64,000 bases of DNA from Malacoraja senta (taxonomy: Eukaryota), in the NCBI GenBank assembly GCA_038087875.1, contig CM075999.1, forward strand, positions 2,916,001 through 2,980,000, in the 5' to 3' direction. The number at the start of each line of letters is the position of its first letter. Positions within the stretch are counted from its first letter, which is position 1. The notes under the pieces were generated by a model. That model did not search any database. It was given only the letters and a program-made list of their open reading frames with translations, and was not told the DNA's origin. Positions 37,589 to 48,077 of this stretch are shown piece by piece. The position numbers and the translations under genes were made by a program.

Positions 37589-40057
37589 CTGGAATTAAAA
37601 ATACATACACGTTAAGTGTACTAGTCGTACCTAACATTTTTAGTTGTAAATTGTTAACTTGTAAATATATAATGATTTTAACATGACAAAGGGCTCCACA
37701 GGGCCGTTATTAAATAAAGACAAACTGCTGGAGTAACTAGGGCAACGTGGTGGCGCAGCGGTAGTTGCCGCTTTACAGCGCCACAGACCCGGGTTTGATC
37801 CTGACTATGGATGCTGTCTGTACGGAGTTTGTACGTTCTCTCTTTGACCGCGTGAGGTTTTTTTCCGACAGTTCCTCTTTCCTCCCTTACTGCAAAGACG
37901 TATTGGTTTGTAGGTTAATTGTAGAATTATAGATTTTCCCGAGTGTGTAGGATACGGTTAGTGTGCACGGATTGCTAATTGCTAGTCCGCGTGGACTCGG
38001 TGGGCCGAAGGGTCTGTTTCCGCACTGTCTCTCTAAACTAAACTAAACTCAGCGGGTCAGGTAGCGCCCTGAAGGACATAGATAGGTGACTATTTAGGAT
38101 TGAGACCCTTCTCCTGACCTGTAACGCCACCTATCCATATGTATGAAGGAACTGCAGATGCTGGTTGACACCGATGATAGACACAAAAAGTTGGAGTAAC
38201 TCACAGGCCAGGCAGCATCTCTGTAGAGAAGGAATGGACGATGTTTCAGGTCGAGACCTTTCTTCAGACTGAGTGTCAGGGGGGGAGGGGAAACTAGAGC
38301 TATGTGAAAATGACAGATCAAAGCAGACAAGGTTCAAGGAAAATGATTTATTGTTAGCTGATTGATCTTTGTTCCCCTCAGCCAACAATGAATTCTGGTC
38401 AAAGATAGACACAAAAAACTGGAGTAAGTCAGTGGGTTAGACAGCATCATTGGGGAAAAGGAATAGATGACGTTTTGGGTCAAGACCATTCTTCGGTCTT
38501 GACCCAAAACCTCACCTATTCTTTTATTCACGGATGCTGTCTGACCCGTTGCGTTACTCCAGCTTTTTGTGCCTATCTTTGGTTTAAAACCAGCATCTGC
38601 AGATCCTTCCTACACAATTAATTCTGGTCTCCTGATTCAGAAAAGTGCCATTTTTGAGCAAAGGTGTGGTACACTGTTGGGTGCCCTGTTTGTGATGCTA
38701 AGTTGTTGAACCATATTCATGTCTGTTCTCCAAACTACAGTCAATTTGATTAGTAAGGCTGTCAGGGGTTATGGGGAGAAGGCAGGAGAATGGGGTTAGA
38801 GGGAAAGGTAGATCAGCCATGATTTAATGGTGTAGTAGACTTGATGGGCCGAGTGGCCTAATTCTGCTCCTATCACTTATAAAGTTCCCATGTGTAGGAA
38901 GGAACTGCAGATGCAGGTTTATCCTGAAGATAGACACAAAATGCCAAAGTAACTCAGCGGGACAGTGACGGGGCTGGGCCTAGGGTGGAGGGGGAGTGTG
39001 TGATGTGCACTCATGTATAAAATATAAAGGTGTATATAAATATAAGTAGTATAAAATCCATGAGAGGAATAGATCGAGTAGATGCACAGTCTCTTGCCCA
39101 CAAGAGGTGAATTGAGGACCAGAGGACATAGGTTCAAGGTGAAGGGGTAAAGATTTAATAGGAATCTGAGAGGTAACTTTTTCACACAGAGGGTGGTGGG
39201 TGTATGGAACGAGCTGCCGCAGGAGGTAGTTGAGGCAAGGACTATCCCAATGTTTAAGAAACAGTTAGACAGATACACGTATAGGAGAGGCTTGGAGGGA
39301 TTTGGGCCAAATGCAGGCAAGTGGGAATAGTGTAGAAGGTAGACAAAATTGCTGGAGAAACTCAGTGGGTGTGGCAGCATCTATGGAGCAAAGGAAATAG
39401 GCAACGTTTCGGCCCCGAAACGTTGCCTATTTCCTTCGCTCCATAGATGCTGCCGCACCCGCTGAGTTTCTCCAGCACTTTTGTCTACCTTCGATTTTCC
39501 AGCATCTGCAGGTCCTTCTTAAACACTAGTGTAGATGGGACATGTTGGCCGGTGTGGGCAAGTTGGGCTGAAGGGCCTGTCTTCGTGCTGTATCACTCTG
39601 TAGATACACAGGGTGGTGAATCTGTAGAATTCATTGTCACAGAAGGCTGTGGAGGCCAAGTCAGTGGATATTTTTAAGGTGGAAATTGACAAGATTGTTG
39701 ATTAGTACGGGTGTCAGGGGTTATGGGGAGAAGGCAGGAGAATGGGGTTAGACAATAGATGCAGAAGTAGGCCATTCGGCCCTTTGAGCCAGCACCGCCA
39801 TTCAATGTGATCATGGCTGATCATCCCCAATCAGTACCCCATTCCTGCCTTCTCCCCATATCCCCTGATAACGCTATCTTTAAGAGCCCTATCTAGCAAA
39901 CCGTTTAGCTGCAGGTATAAATGTGCAATGGTGACATCTACTAAAAGCTAACAAATAAATAGTGACTGGAAAGATGTGGACTTATCTTTTTGAGACGAAT
40001 ACAGAGTCCCTATATAGATCAGCACATCTAAATGCAAGACAGGAACAATCTTTTCAT

Positions 40058-40155
40058 CAGTCTGAAGAAGGGTTTCGGCCCGAAACGTTGCCTATTTCCT
40101 TCGCTCCATAGATGCTGCTGCACCCGCTGAGTTTCTCCAGCATTTTTGTCTACCT
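40058..40155 (+). mobile_element. Short Penelope pLTR-derived insertion with a minimal hammerhead core
   Basis: CTGAAGA-A-GGGTTTCGGCCC-GAAAC-GTT at 40062-40089. 13-bp TSD ACAATCTTTTCAT at 40045-40057 and 40156-40168. Confidence 0.8.
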
Positions 40156-40482
40156 ACAATCTTTTCATGTTTACCTGCACAGAAAAGTGACCTAAAGCAA
40201 AAACCTTTCACATCACAAATCTCAAAACCTTTTACCCAGAGTGAAAATGTCAAGGACTAGAGGGCACAGCTTTAAGGCAAGAGGGGCAAGGTTTAAATGT
40301 GCAGGGCAAGTATTTTTTTTGCAGAGTGGTGGTCACCTGGAGGGAGAGATAGATCAGCCATGATAGAATGGCGGAGTAGACTAGATGGGCCGAATGGCCT
40401 AATTCTGCTCCTGTCACTTCTGGTCTAAGGGGTTGGGGCCGAGTTGGTGAAGGGGGAGTGTTTGTGTTTGGTGCGCACTCAC

Positions 40483-40696
40483 TGCCCACGCCTCTGGCCT
40501 GCTCGGGGCCGGCTCCGGCTCCGTCCCCAGGCCCAGCCTCAGGCTCAGGCTCCAGGCCCGGCGGCGCCTCCTCTCCCGCCCACGGCTCCTCACGATCCTC
40601 CCTCGGGTGCAGCAGCTCGGCCTCCTCCTGGCGGGCGGAGTAGCCGGCGTCTCCCGGCCACGCCAGCCACCCGCCGGCCGCCAGCGCCCTGAACAT
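40483..40696 (-). CDS. SYAP1: SYAP1-like (BSD domain) exon 1
   Basis: Starts ACCATG with MFRALAAGGWL..., compared with human SYAP1 MFRGLSSWL. GTGAGT donor at 40482, phase 1. Lies in a CpG island. Confidence 0.8.
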
Positions 40697-40719
40697 GGTG
40701 AAGCCTGGAGCACTAGGCC

Positions 40720-41040
40720 GCGCCGTCGCCACGGCAACCCAAACCCCGCCCCCCGCGCGCAACGCTCTCTGGGACCTGTAGTCCCATTCCCCCCATCAAA
40801 AACCCCGTCTCCTCGCCGTTAAACACACCGCCGCCGCTTATCCAACTTTGGGATGATATGCAATGTTTTAATTCCCAGTAAAACCGTAAAAATATATATG
40901 TTTGAGGGAGTGGACTACATCCCCCAGGAGGCATAGCGAGGGATCCAGCGCATGCGTAGCCGCGTGGTTAGGGTCCGTATATAAGGCGGTGGAGCGGCCG
41001 CGTTGTCCTCTCTCTCTCTCCTGCCTGAAATGGCGGCTGC
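40720..41040. promoter_or_regulatory. CpG-island bidirectional promoter between the SYAP1-like gene and the snoRNA host gene
   Basis: RFX X-box-like GTCGCCACGGCAAC at 40725-40738 and a GC box at 40744-40752. Two divergent ACTACAnn(T/C)CCCA motifs (ZNF143/THAP11-type) at 40769-40783 (-) and 40913-40927 (+). NRF1-like GCGCATGCGT at 40948-40957, TATATAA at 40978-40984, a pyrimidine tract from 41006, and YY1-like AAATGGCGGC at 41028-41037. Confidence 0.8.
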
Positions 41041-41279
41041 ACCTGGACCTGGGCTCAAGGTACAATCTCTCTCCATCCGTCGCCTTTCGCCTCCGCCGCC
41101 GTCTTCAATGTCTCTTAATCGTCTCGGCGAGATACCCATCTTTCGTATTCCCCGACTATTTCGTGTTATTTTGGTGTTTAACACAGTGTTTTGGGGATGA
41201 TTCTGTGTGGGGTGTCCTCTTTGCTCCAGCAGTTTGGAGAGATGATGCCTTCCTTTGCAGAGAGTGAAGAAGATGCGAG

Positions 41280-41423
41280 CTGGCCCTGATCGAAGCCATG
41301 TTCAGCTGAAACCAGTAGCTCATGTGGTCAAAACAGGCGCCCAGAGTGAATTCCCTTCCATAGACGGTCGCTACTCAGATTTGTACTCATGTCTGACTCG
41401 CAACATTGTTATGGAAGACAATG
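41280..41423 (+). ncRNA. SNORA16: H/ACA snoRNA SNORA16 (ACA16) homologue
   Basis: TGGCCCTGATCGAAGC...TGTGGTCAAAA...CCCAGAGTGA...GACGGTCGC...GCAACATT matches the recalled human SNORA16A. 3' hairpin is CTTCCATA/TATGGAAG, followed by ACA (41418-41420) plus 3 nt. Confidence 0.88.
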
Positions 41424-42298
41424 TATAATACCTGGTCTTTTAAAGATAGACACTTATCTTCAATTGCTTATCTTTAACAATCCATCCTGGGGTAATTTTG
41501 CTATTGTCTATCTACTCTATTGTCTAATCTGCCGTTTATTCCCAACATACAACACGTACTTCAGAGTCTAGGCCATTAAAGTAGTGAGACTTTCATTTCT
41601 GGAATGCTCAATGTCTTAACTTTTCTTTGCAGATGTCTAACTTCCATGCCTGCAACATTAGTTCCTCTCCACTGATGATCAATAGATGGCCTGAGTGACC
41701 ATGGTAATCGGTAAGTGTTTTAATGAAAAATCTTTCATCAAAAGTGTTGTAATGGATTCATAAGTTTTTGGAACTGAATTAGACCATTCAGCCCATTAAG
41801 TATACTCTGCCATTCAAACATGGCTGATCTATCTTTCCCTCTCAACCCCATTCTCCTGTCTTCTCCCCATAACCCCTGACATCCTTACTATTTAATTCAA
41901 TGTGGTGTACCATCAATGCACAGCAATAAATAATAATAATAAATACTTTATTAATCCCCTTATTCAGGGGAAATTCAGATGTAAAGATCCCAGTGTTGGG
42001 GTTCAATTGTAGAGTGTTTGACCCAGGGTGAGGCCATTTGGCCCATTGAATGATTGGGATATAGTCACGTGTACTGGGGTATAGTGAAAGGCTGTTTTAC
42101 ATGCTATCCAAACGGGTCGCACCTGATAATGCTATATATAAATACAATCGAGTGGCTGGGGGATAAATAAGATTATTTTTCCTTCTATTTACAGTAGATT
42201 CTTGACCTGATGCAAGCATGTTCTACAGCTTTTGAAAACCAAAGATAGCTCGTGGTGAGTTGATTGAAAAGTTTGCGAGTTTGTTGGGCAGTGCCCTT

Positions 42299-42430
42299 GT
42301 GCATGTTATCCGAGAACTGCAGCTTTAGTCGGTGGTTGTGGATTCTCCAACAACATGCTAGAGAGTTGGAGAGACTTTGCCAGCTTTGGTCTTGCTTTTC
42401 CAATGTCTGTCACTCAACTCTCCTACATTC
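42299..42430 (+). ncRNA. SNORA44: H/ACA snoRNA SNORA44 (ACA44) homologue
   Basis: Hairpin 1 is GCATGTT...CTCCAAC-AACATGC, then a purine-rich hinge. Hairpin 2 is GGAGAGACTTTGCCAG...CTGTCACTCAACTCTCC, with ACA at 42425-42427. Similar to the recalled human SNORA44. Confidence 0.85.
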
Positions 42431-43375
42431 TTTGTCATCTGTGTCAAGGTGACATTTTTTTGTCTGTTTTGTATATACCGAACTTTTATTTTTCGAAGAT
42501 AGACACAAAATGCTGGAGTAAATCCAGGTAGCATCTCTGGACAGAAGGAATGGGTGACATTTCACACAGACAATCGCCTCTTGAATGCCGCTATTGTATC
42601 TGCCTCCACCAGCATCCCTGGCAGTGTTTTCCAGCCACCCACCGCCCTCTGTATTAAACAAGCTTTCCTGGCACATCCCCTTTAAACCGTCTAACCTTAA
42701 AGCTAGGCTCACTAGTCCATGGCATTTTCAATGTAATGGGGATTTGCATCATACAACTATTAGTCAACAGTGTTTCAGTTGCTCTTGTTACGAGGCATCA
42801 CACTCAAGTGGGTTGAAGTTCATCTTGTGATTTGCAGCCAATATTATGAAAACTCTGAGGTAGACAAAGGTGCGGGAGAAACACGGACAAAAGTGCTGTG
42901 AAAACTCTGCTCCTTGAATGCATCAAACGTCTTGTCCATTGGGTATAGTTCCAAATCTCTTTATGCTTTAAAATAAATGTGTGATCTTGTAACATGGCAG
43001 AGTTGCCATCTTAGGTTGCTGTTTGGTTTTAGTCTGCTCTGGGTGCCGTGTCAGACGCAAAAGCAAGTTTGATGACAAGTAATTTCTCTTTTTTCAGGGT
43101 ATTTGATGCTGAGAATGAAGCTGGTCATACAGCGTGGGAACAGGCCCTTCGGTCCAACTCATCCAAGCTGACCAAGGTGTCCCATCTAAGCCAGTTACGT
43201 TTGGCTCAAACCTCTCCACCTCTCCTATCAATGTCCATGGGCTAAACCGTTGGAGCTACACTTTGATGGTGAGGATTCTTGTAATTCAAGCGATGATATC
43301 ATGAGATCTGTGGCTGCTGCCCAATTTGTGTGAAATTAAATGGATGGATGTGTATAATGTGGGAGATGGATAAGA

Positions 43376-43450
43376 CTGCTGATCACTGATGAAAACCATG
43401 TACTGTGGACTGCTGGATGATAGCTGCGGATATGGGACTGAGATCAGCAG
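43376..43450 (+). ncRNA. SNORD99: C/D snoRNA SNORD99 homologue
   Basis: Perfect 9-bp terminal stem CTGCTGATC/GATCAGCAG. C box TGATGA at 43387-43392 and D box CTGA at 43438-43441. Guide GCTGCGGATATGGG is complementary to conserved 28S rRNA CCCAUAUCCGCAGC. Confidence 0.9.
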
Positions 43451-46400
43451 TGTGGTGTGATCTGGTATTTTGGAATCCATATGGTGTAGAAACAGGTCCT
43501 TCTGCCCAACTTGTCCACATCGACCAACATGCCCCCGTCTACACTAATCCCACTTGCTGGCTTTTGGCCCATATCCCTCTAAACCTGCCCTGGCTATCAT
43601 GTACCTGCCTCAACAACCGGCAGCTCGTTCCATACACCCACCACCCTCGGTGGAAAAAGTTACCCCATAGATTCCTATACAATCTTTCTCTCTTCAGTTA
43701 ACTTATGCCCTCTGGTTCTCGATTTCCCAAACTGTGGGCAAGAGACTGCATCCACCCGATCTATTCCCCTCATGATTTTATACACCTCTATAAGATCCTA
43801 TATACACCCCTCATCCTCTTGCGCTGCAAGGAATAGTCCCAGCTTACTCGATCTCGCCCGAAAGTTCAGACACTTGAGTCCATGTGAACATTCTTTGCAC
43901 CCTTTCCAACTTGGCAACGTGTATTATTCACTACCTGTGTTTTTTGGGTCCATAGGTACACGCTGATTCCCAGGATGGAGCAAGGTCACTTCTTGAAACT
44001 TGTAATTGACTTGGAACACAAGTAGTCAACTTTATTTGTCACATACACATACAAAATGTACACGGACTGGATGTTGTGTGAATTTCCAGAATTATTTTTA
44101 GTTTGCTTTTGTTGACATCTATGGCTTTCACTATTAAACGATACATCTGTAATGAATTAGTTTGAGATTACAAATCTGTTGTTTCCAGAGCTGTGAATAA
44201 CCGGTTGCCTTTTTCTCCAAATCTGGGGAAGGAAATAACAAACAAGCTACCAAAGGTAGAAGCAATAGTAGCAGCAGTTTTTCAGAATCTTTGGTGGAAA
44301 TGTAGTTTATTCAGAGGGTCAAAACCAGCTGGCACATGTTAATAATAAACTAGTGCCAGAGACCTTGGTTCAATCCTGACCTCGGGTGCTGTCCGTGTGG
44401 AGTTTGCACGTTCTCCCTCTGGGTTACCTGAGCGCTCTAGTTACCTTGCCATCCCACAAAAGATGTTCAAGTTGATTAATTGACCCTGTGGATAGGAAGG
44501 TTAAATAACAGAACTAGTATATGAATACACAGAAAATGCTGGAGTAACTCAGCGGCACAGGCAGCATCTCTGGCGAGAAGGAATGAGCCATGATCACATT
44601 GAATGGCCTACTCCTATTGGCTATTGAATGGGTGATGTTTCGGGTCAAGACCCTTCAGGCTTGACCCGAACAGACGCCCATTCTCTCCAGGGATGCTGCT
44701 TGTCCTGCTGAGTTACTTCAGCGTTTTGTATCTATCTTTGATTTAAAGCAGCCTGCAGTTCTTTCCTACACTAGTATAGGAATACTTTGTCACATGTGAC
44801 TAGGCACAGTGAAATTCTTTGCTTGCATACACAAATACTCGATGGTCAGTGGACTTTGTGTGCTGGGGGGGAGGGGGTTGTGAAAGGGAGAATGGGCAGT
44901 GATTTCAAAATGAAGTGTGATCGATCCATGCCACTGCTGAGTGGTGAATCTCTGCCCTCGGGTGATCGAAGCTCGATCATACATAAGATTAAAAACTCAT
45001 GCCACCAGCCCCAAACAGCTGCTGCCCTCTTGTTACCGGGCTTCATAAGTTCATGTGATAGCGGAATTAGGCCATTCGGTCCATCTGACGTTCAATCGTG
45101 GCTGATTTATCTCTCCCTCCTAACCGTATTCTCCTGCCTCCTCATAACCCCTGATACACGTACTAATCGAGAATCTAGTTGCCAGTTAAAAATATGCCTT
45201 AATATCCTTGGACTTGACCTCCACAGCCTTCTGAACAGTCCTTGACAAGCTAAGCTGCTGTTCCATTTGCTGCTGCTTTTACTCAACAGAACATTGGCCT
45301 TTAGCATTGTAGCACATCAGCTTTCTAAGGAACAAGGTTGAAAGTACAGCACCAAAGTCTGGAATAGCTTCTGCCCTTAGCTTTGATTAGTATGGGTGTC
45401 GGGAGTTAATGGGGAGAAGGCAGGAGAGAAAGGGGTTAGGAGGGAGAGATAGATCAGCCATGATTGAATGGTGGAGTAGACTTGATGGGCTGAATAGCCT
45501 AATTCTGCTCCTGTCACTTATGAATTTATCAGGCTTCTTAACAGTCCTTCCACAAGCTCGGATAATCCTGATTCTCAAACCTACGTCACAAACGTTCTCT
45601 GGCACTGTTAACCTACAATGCTGAGCGCTGTATTCTCTGTATATCTCTTCATTATACCTATTGAACCCGACTTGACTATATCTGTAGTGTTATCTAACTT
45701 GACAGCACAAAGCATTTTGTTCAGAAAAACAACGTTTTTCACTGCATATCAGTACACTTGACTAATAAACCTAAACCTATTAAAAGTGAGCACACAGTAA
45801 GCCAAGACAAACTCAGTGGGACAGGCAGCATCTCTGGAGAGAAAATGGGTGATGTTTTGGGTTGAAACCCTTAAGCACAATAAACTCCATACATAATATA
45901 TATACTGATTTTTTTGTTTATAGGTTTCGCAGAGTACAATGTTTACATAGGAAAAAAATAGGTGCAGGAATAGGCCATTCGGCCCTTCGAGCCAGCACCA
46001 CCATTCAATATGATCATCCCAAATCAATACCCCGTTCCTGCTTTCTCCCCATATCCCTTGATTCCGTTAGCCCCAAGAGCGATATCTAACTTGAATACAT
46101 CCAGTGAGCATGTGTTTACATTAGCTGTTGTGCTGCAGGCAGTGCTTTGTAGAAACATCTCACCTGCAACTATCACGCTGTTAGACAAAAAAGCTGGAGA
46201 AACTCAGCGGGTGAGGCAGCATCTATGGAGCGAAGGAATAGGTGACATTTCGGGCCGAACCCCTTCAGGCTGTTAAATACTACAACCTCCAAATAGGCTC
46301 TGAATAATGTATACTTGGCATTATTTTTGCACAATGTTGAAAAATTCTTTATTCGGTGAACTTTTATTTATCATGGACATCAAGTCAAGTGAGTTTATTG

Positions 46401-46810
46401 TCATGTGTCCCTGATAGGACAATGAAATTCTTGCTTTGCTTCAGCACACAGAACATAGTAGGCATTTACTACAAAACAGATCAGTGTGTCCATATACACA
46501 TGACATGACAGAGTACTATGTTTACATATCTGTCGTGCTGCTGCAAGTAAGAATTCCATTGCTTTGTTTTGGTACATATGACAACCAAACACTCTTGCTT
46601 ATAGTTGAAGACTCCATTGGGGAAAATTCATAAGGAAAGCATTACGATTGCAAAATGTTTGTTACCTTGAAAGCCACAGGAGGCTGGCTACAAACAAAAA
46701 CAACTTAAGTTCATATGAGATCTTGCTTTCATTTTTCTGAAATGCAGTGTGCAATAAGGAATGTACCATATGCATTATTCATATGATGCCAAGATAAAGC
46801 AATCTCATCT

Positions 46811-46993
46811 ACCCAGGGACCGTTGCAGGAGGAGGAGCGGCGTCCGGGTAGGGAGTAGTTAAACAGCGCGGGGCTTTGCTTTCCAGACACCCAGGGACCG
46901 TTGCAGGAGGAGGAGCGGCGTCCGGGTAGGGAGTAGTTCAACAGCGCGGGGGCTTTGCTTTCCAGAGGCCCAGGGGCCGTTGCAGGAGGAGGA
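46811..46993 (+). repeat. About 78-bp GC-rich tandem repeat (about 2.3 copies) at the LINE 5' end
   Basis: CCCAGGGACCGTTGCAGGAGGAGG... starts at about 46812, 46890 and 46969. Confidence 0.9.
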
Positions 46994-47136
46994 ACCCAAA
47001 ACTGCAACGTTCCATTCAAGTTTCATATAAGTGAGGAAGCCGCTGATTGGTGGAAGAGGATCCTGCTGATTTCCTCCACCAGTTTGTATTGTATCCAGGG
47101 TAAGGCTTTGTGTTGTATCCAGGATAAGGGGGGAGA

Positions 47137-48072
47137 ATGAAGGCCAGGGCAGTTTACTGTTCTGGATGTCAGATGTGGGAGGACATGGAGTCTGATACCC
47201 CTCCAGACGTCCACATCTGTGCCAGGTGCATCGAGATGGGGTTCCTAAGGGACCGTGTTAGGAACCTGGAGCAGCAGCTCGATGACCTCTGTCTGATCAG
47301 GGAGAGTGAGGTGGTCATAGAAAGGAGTTATAGGGAGGTGGCCACTCCAAGACCACAGGAGGCAGACAAGTGGGTCACGGTTAGGAAGGGCAAGGGGCAG
47401 AGGCAGGGACTAGAGAGTACCCCGGTGGCTGTACACCTTGAAAATAAGTACTCCTGTTTGAGTACTGTTGGTGGGGACAGCCTTCCTATGGGTAGCGACA
47501 GTGGCCGGGCCTCCGGCACAGAGATCGGCCCTATTGCTCAGAAGGGTAGGGAAAACAAGAGGAGGGCAATAGTAATAGGGGACTCTATGGTTAGGGGGTC
47601 GGATAGGCGATTCTGTGGACGCAGTCAGGAGACCCGGATGGTAGTTTGCCTCCCTGGTGCCAGGGTCAGGGATGTGTCTGAACGCGTCCAAGATATCCTG
47701 AAATCGGAGGGAGAGGAACCTGAGGTTGTGGTACATATAGGTACCAATGACATAGGCAGAAAAAGAGAAGAGGTCCTGAAAGGAGAATTTAGGGAGTTGG
47801 GAGGAGAGTTAAGGAGAAGGACCGCAAAGGTAACAATCTCAGGATTACTACCTGTGCCACGCGACAGTGAGAGTAGGAATGGAATGAGGTGGAGGATAAA
47901 TGCGTGGCTGAGGAACTGGTGCAGCGGGCAGGGATTCAAATTTCTGGATCATTGGGACCTCTTTTGGGGAAGGTGTGACCTGTACAGAAAGGATGGGTTG
48001 CACTTGAACCCGAGGGGGACCAATATCCTGGCAGGGAGATTTGCAAAGGCTACTGGGGAGACTTTAAACTAG
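47137..48072 (+). CDS. LINE ORF1: Cys-rich zinc finger, coiled coil and SGNH esterase-like domain
   Basis: CSGC..CARC; IVIGDSMVRG, VVHIGTND and DGLHLN are the SGNH blocks typical of CR1/L2 ORF1. Confidence 0.9.
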   Translation: MKARAVYCSGCQMWEDMESDTPPDVHICARCIEMGFLRDRVRNLEQQLDDLCLIRESEVVIERSYREVATPRPQEADKWVTVRKGKGQRQGLESTPVAVHLENKYSCLSTVGGDSLPMGSDSGRASGTEIGPIAQKGRENKRRAIVIGDSMVRGSDRRFCGRSQETRMVVCLPGARVRDVSERVQDILKSEGEEPEVVVHIGTNDIGRKREEVLKGEFRELGGELRRRTAKVTISGLLPVPRDSESRNGMRWRINAWLRNWCSGQGFKFLDHWDLFWGRCDLYRKDGLHLNPRGTNILAGRFAKATGETLN

Positions 48073-48077
48073 AACGG

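Larger units (their letters stand above)
41008..44350 (+). ncRNA. SNHG12: 5'TOP snoRNA host gene, SNHG12-like (3' end uncertain)
   Basis: TATA box about 30 nt upstream of a C-initiated pyrimidine tract. Candidate exons at about 41008-41059, 41633-41710 and 42195-42254, with further small exons near 42838, 43098 and 44189. Three intronic snoRNAs. Possible AATAAA at about 44344. Confidence 0.7.

Noticed and set aside
40250..40482. ORF continuation beyond SYAP1-like exon 1
   Set aside because: Intronic read-through past a canonical GTGAGT donor into repeat sequence.
41194..41290. Possible C/D snoRNA (GATGA...CTGA) before SNORA16
   Set aside because: The C box is imperfect, there is no clear terminal stem, and the CTGA lies within SNORA16.
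41672..41700. TGATGA...CTGA motif pair
   Set aside because: Too short for a snoRNA and located within a predicted exon.
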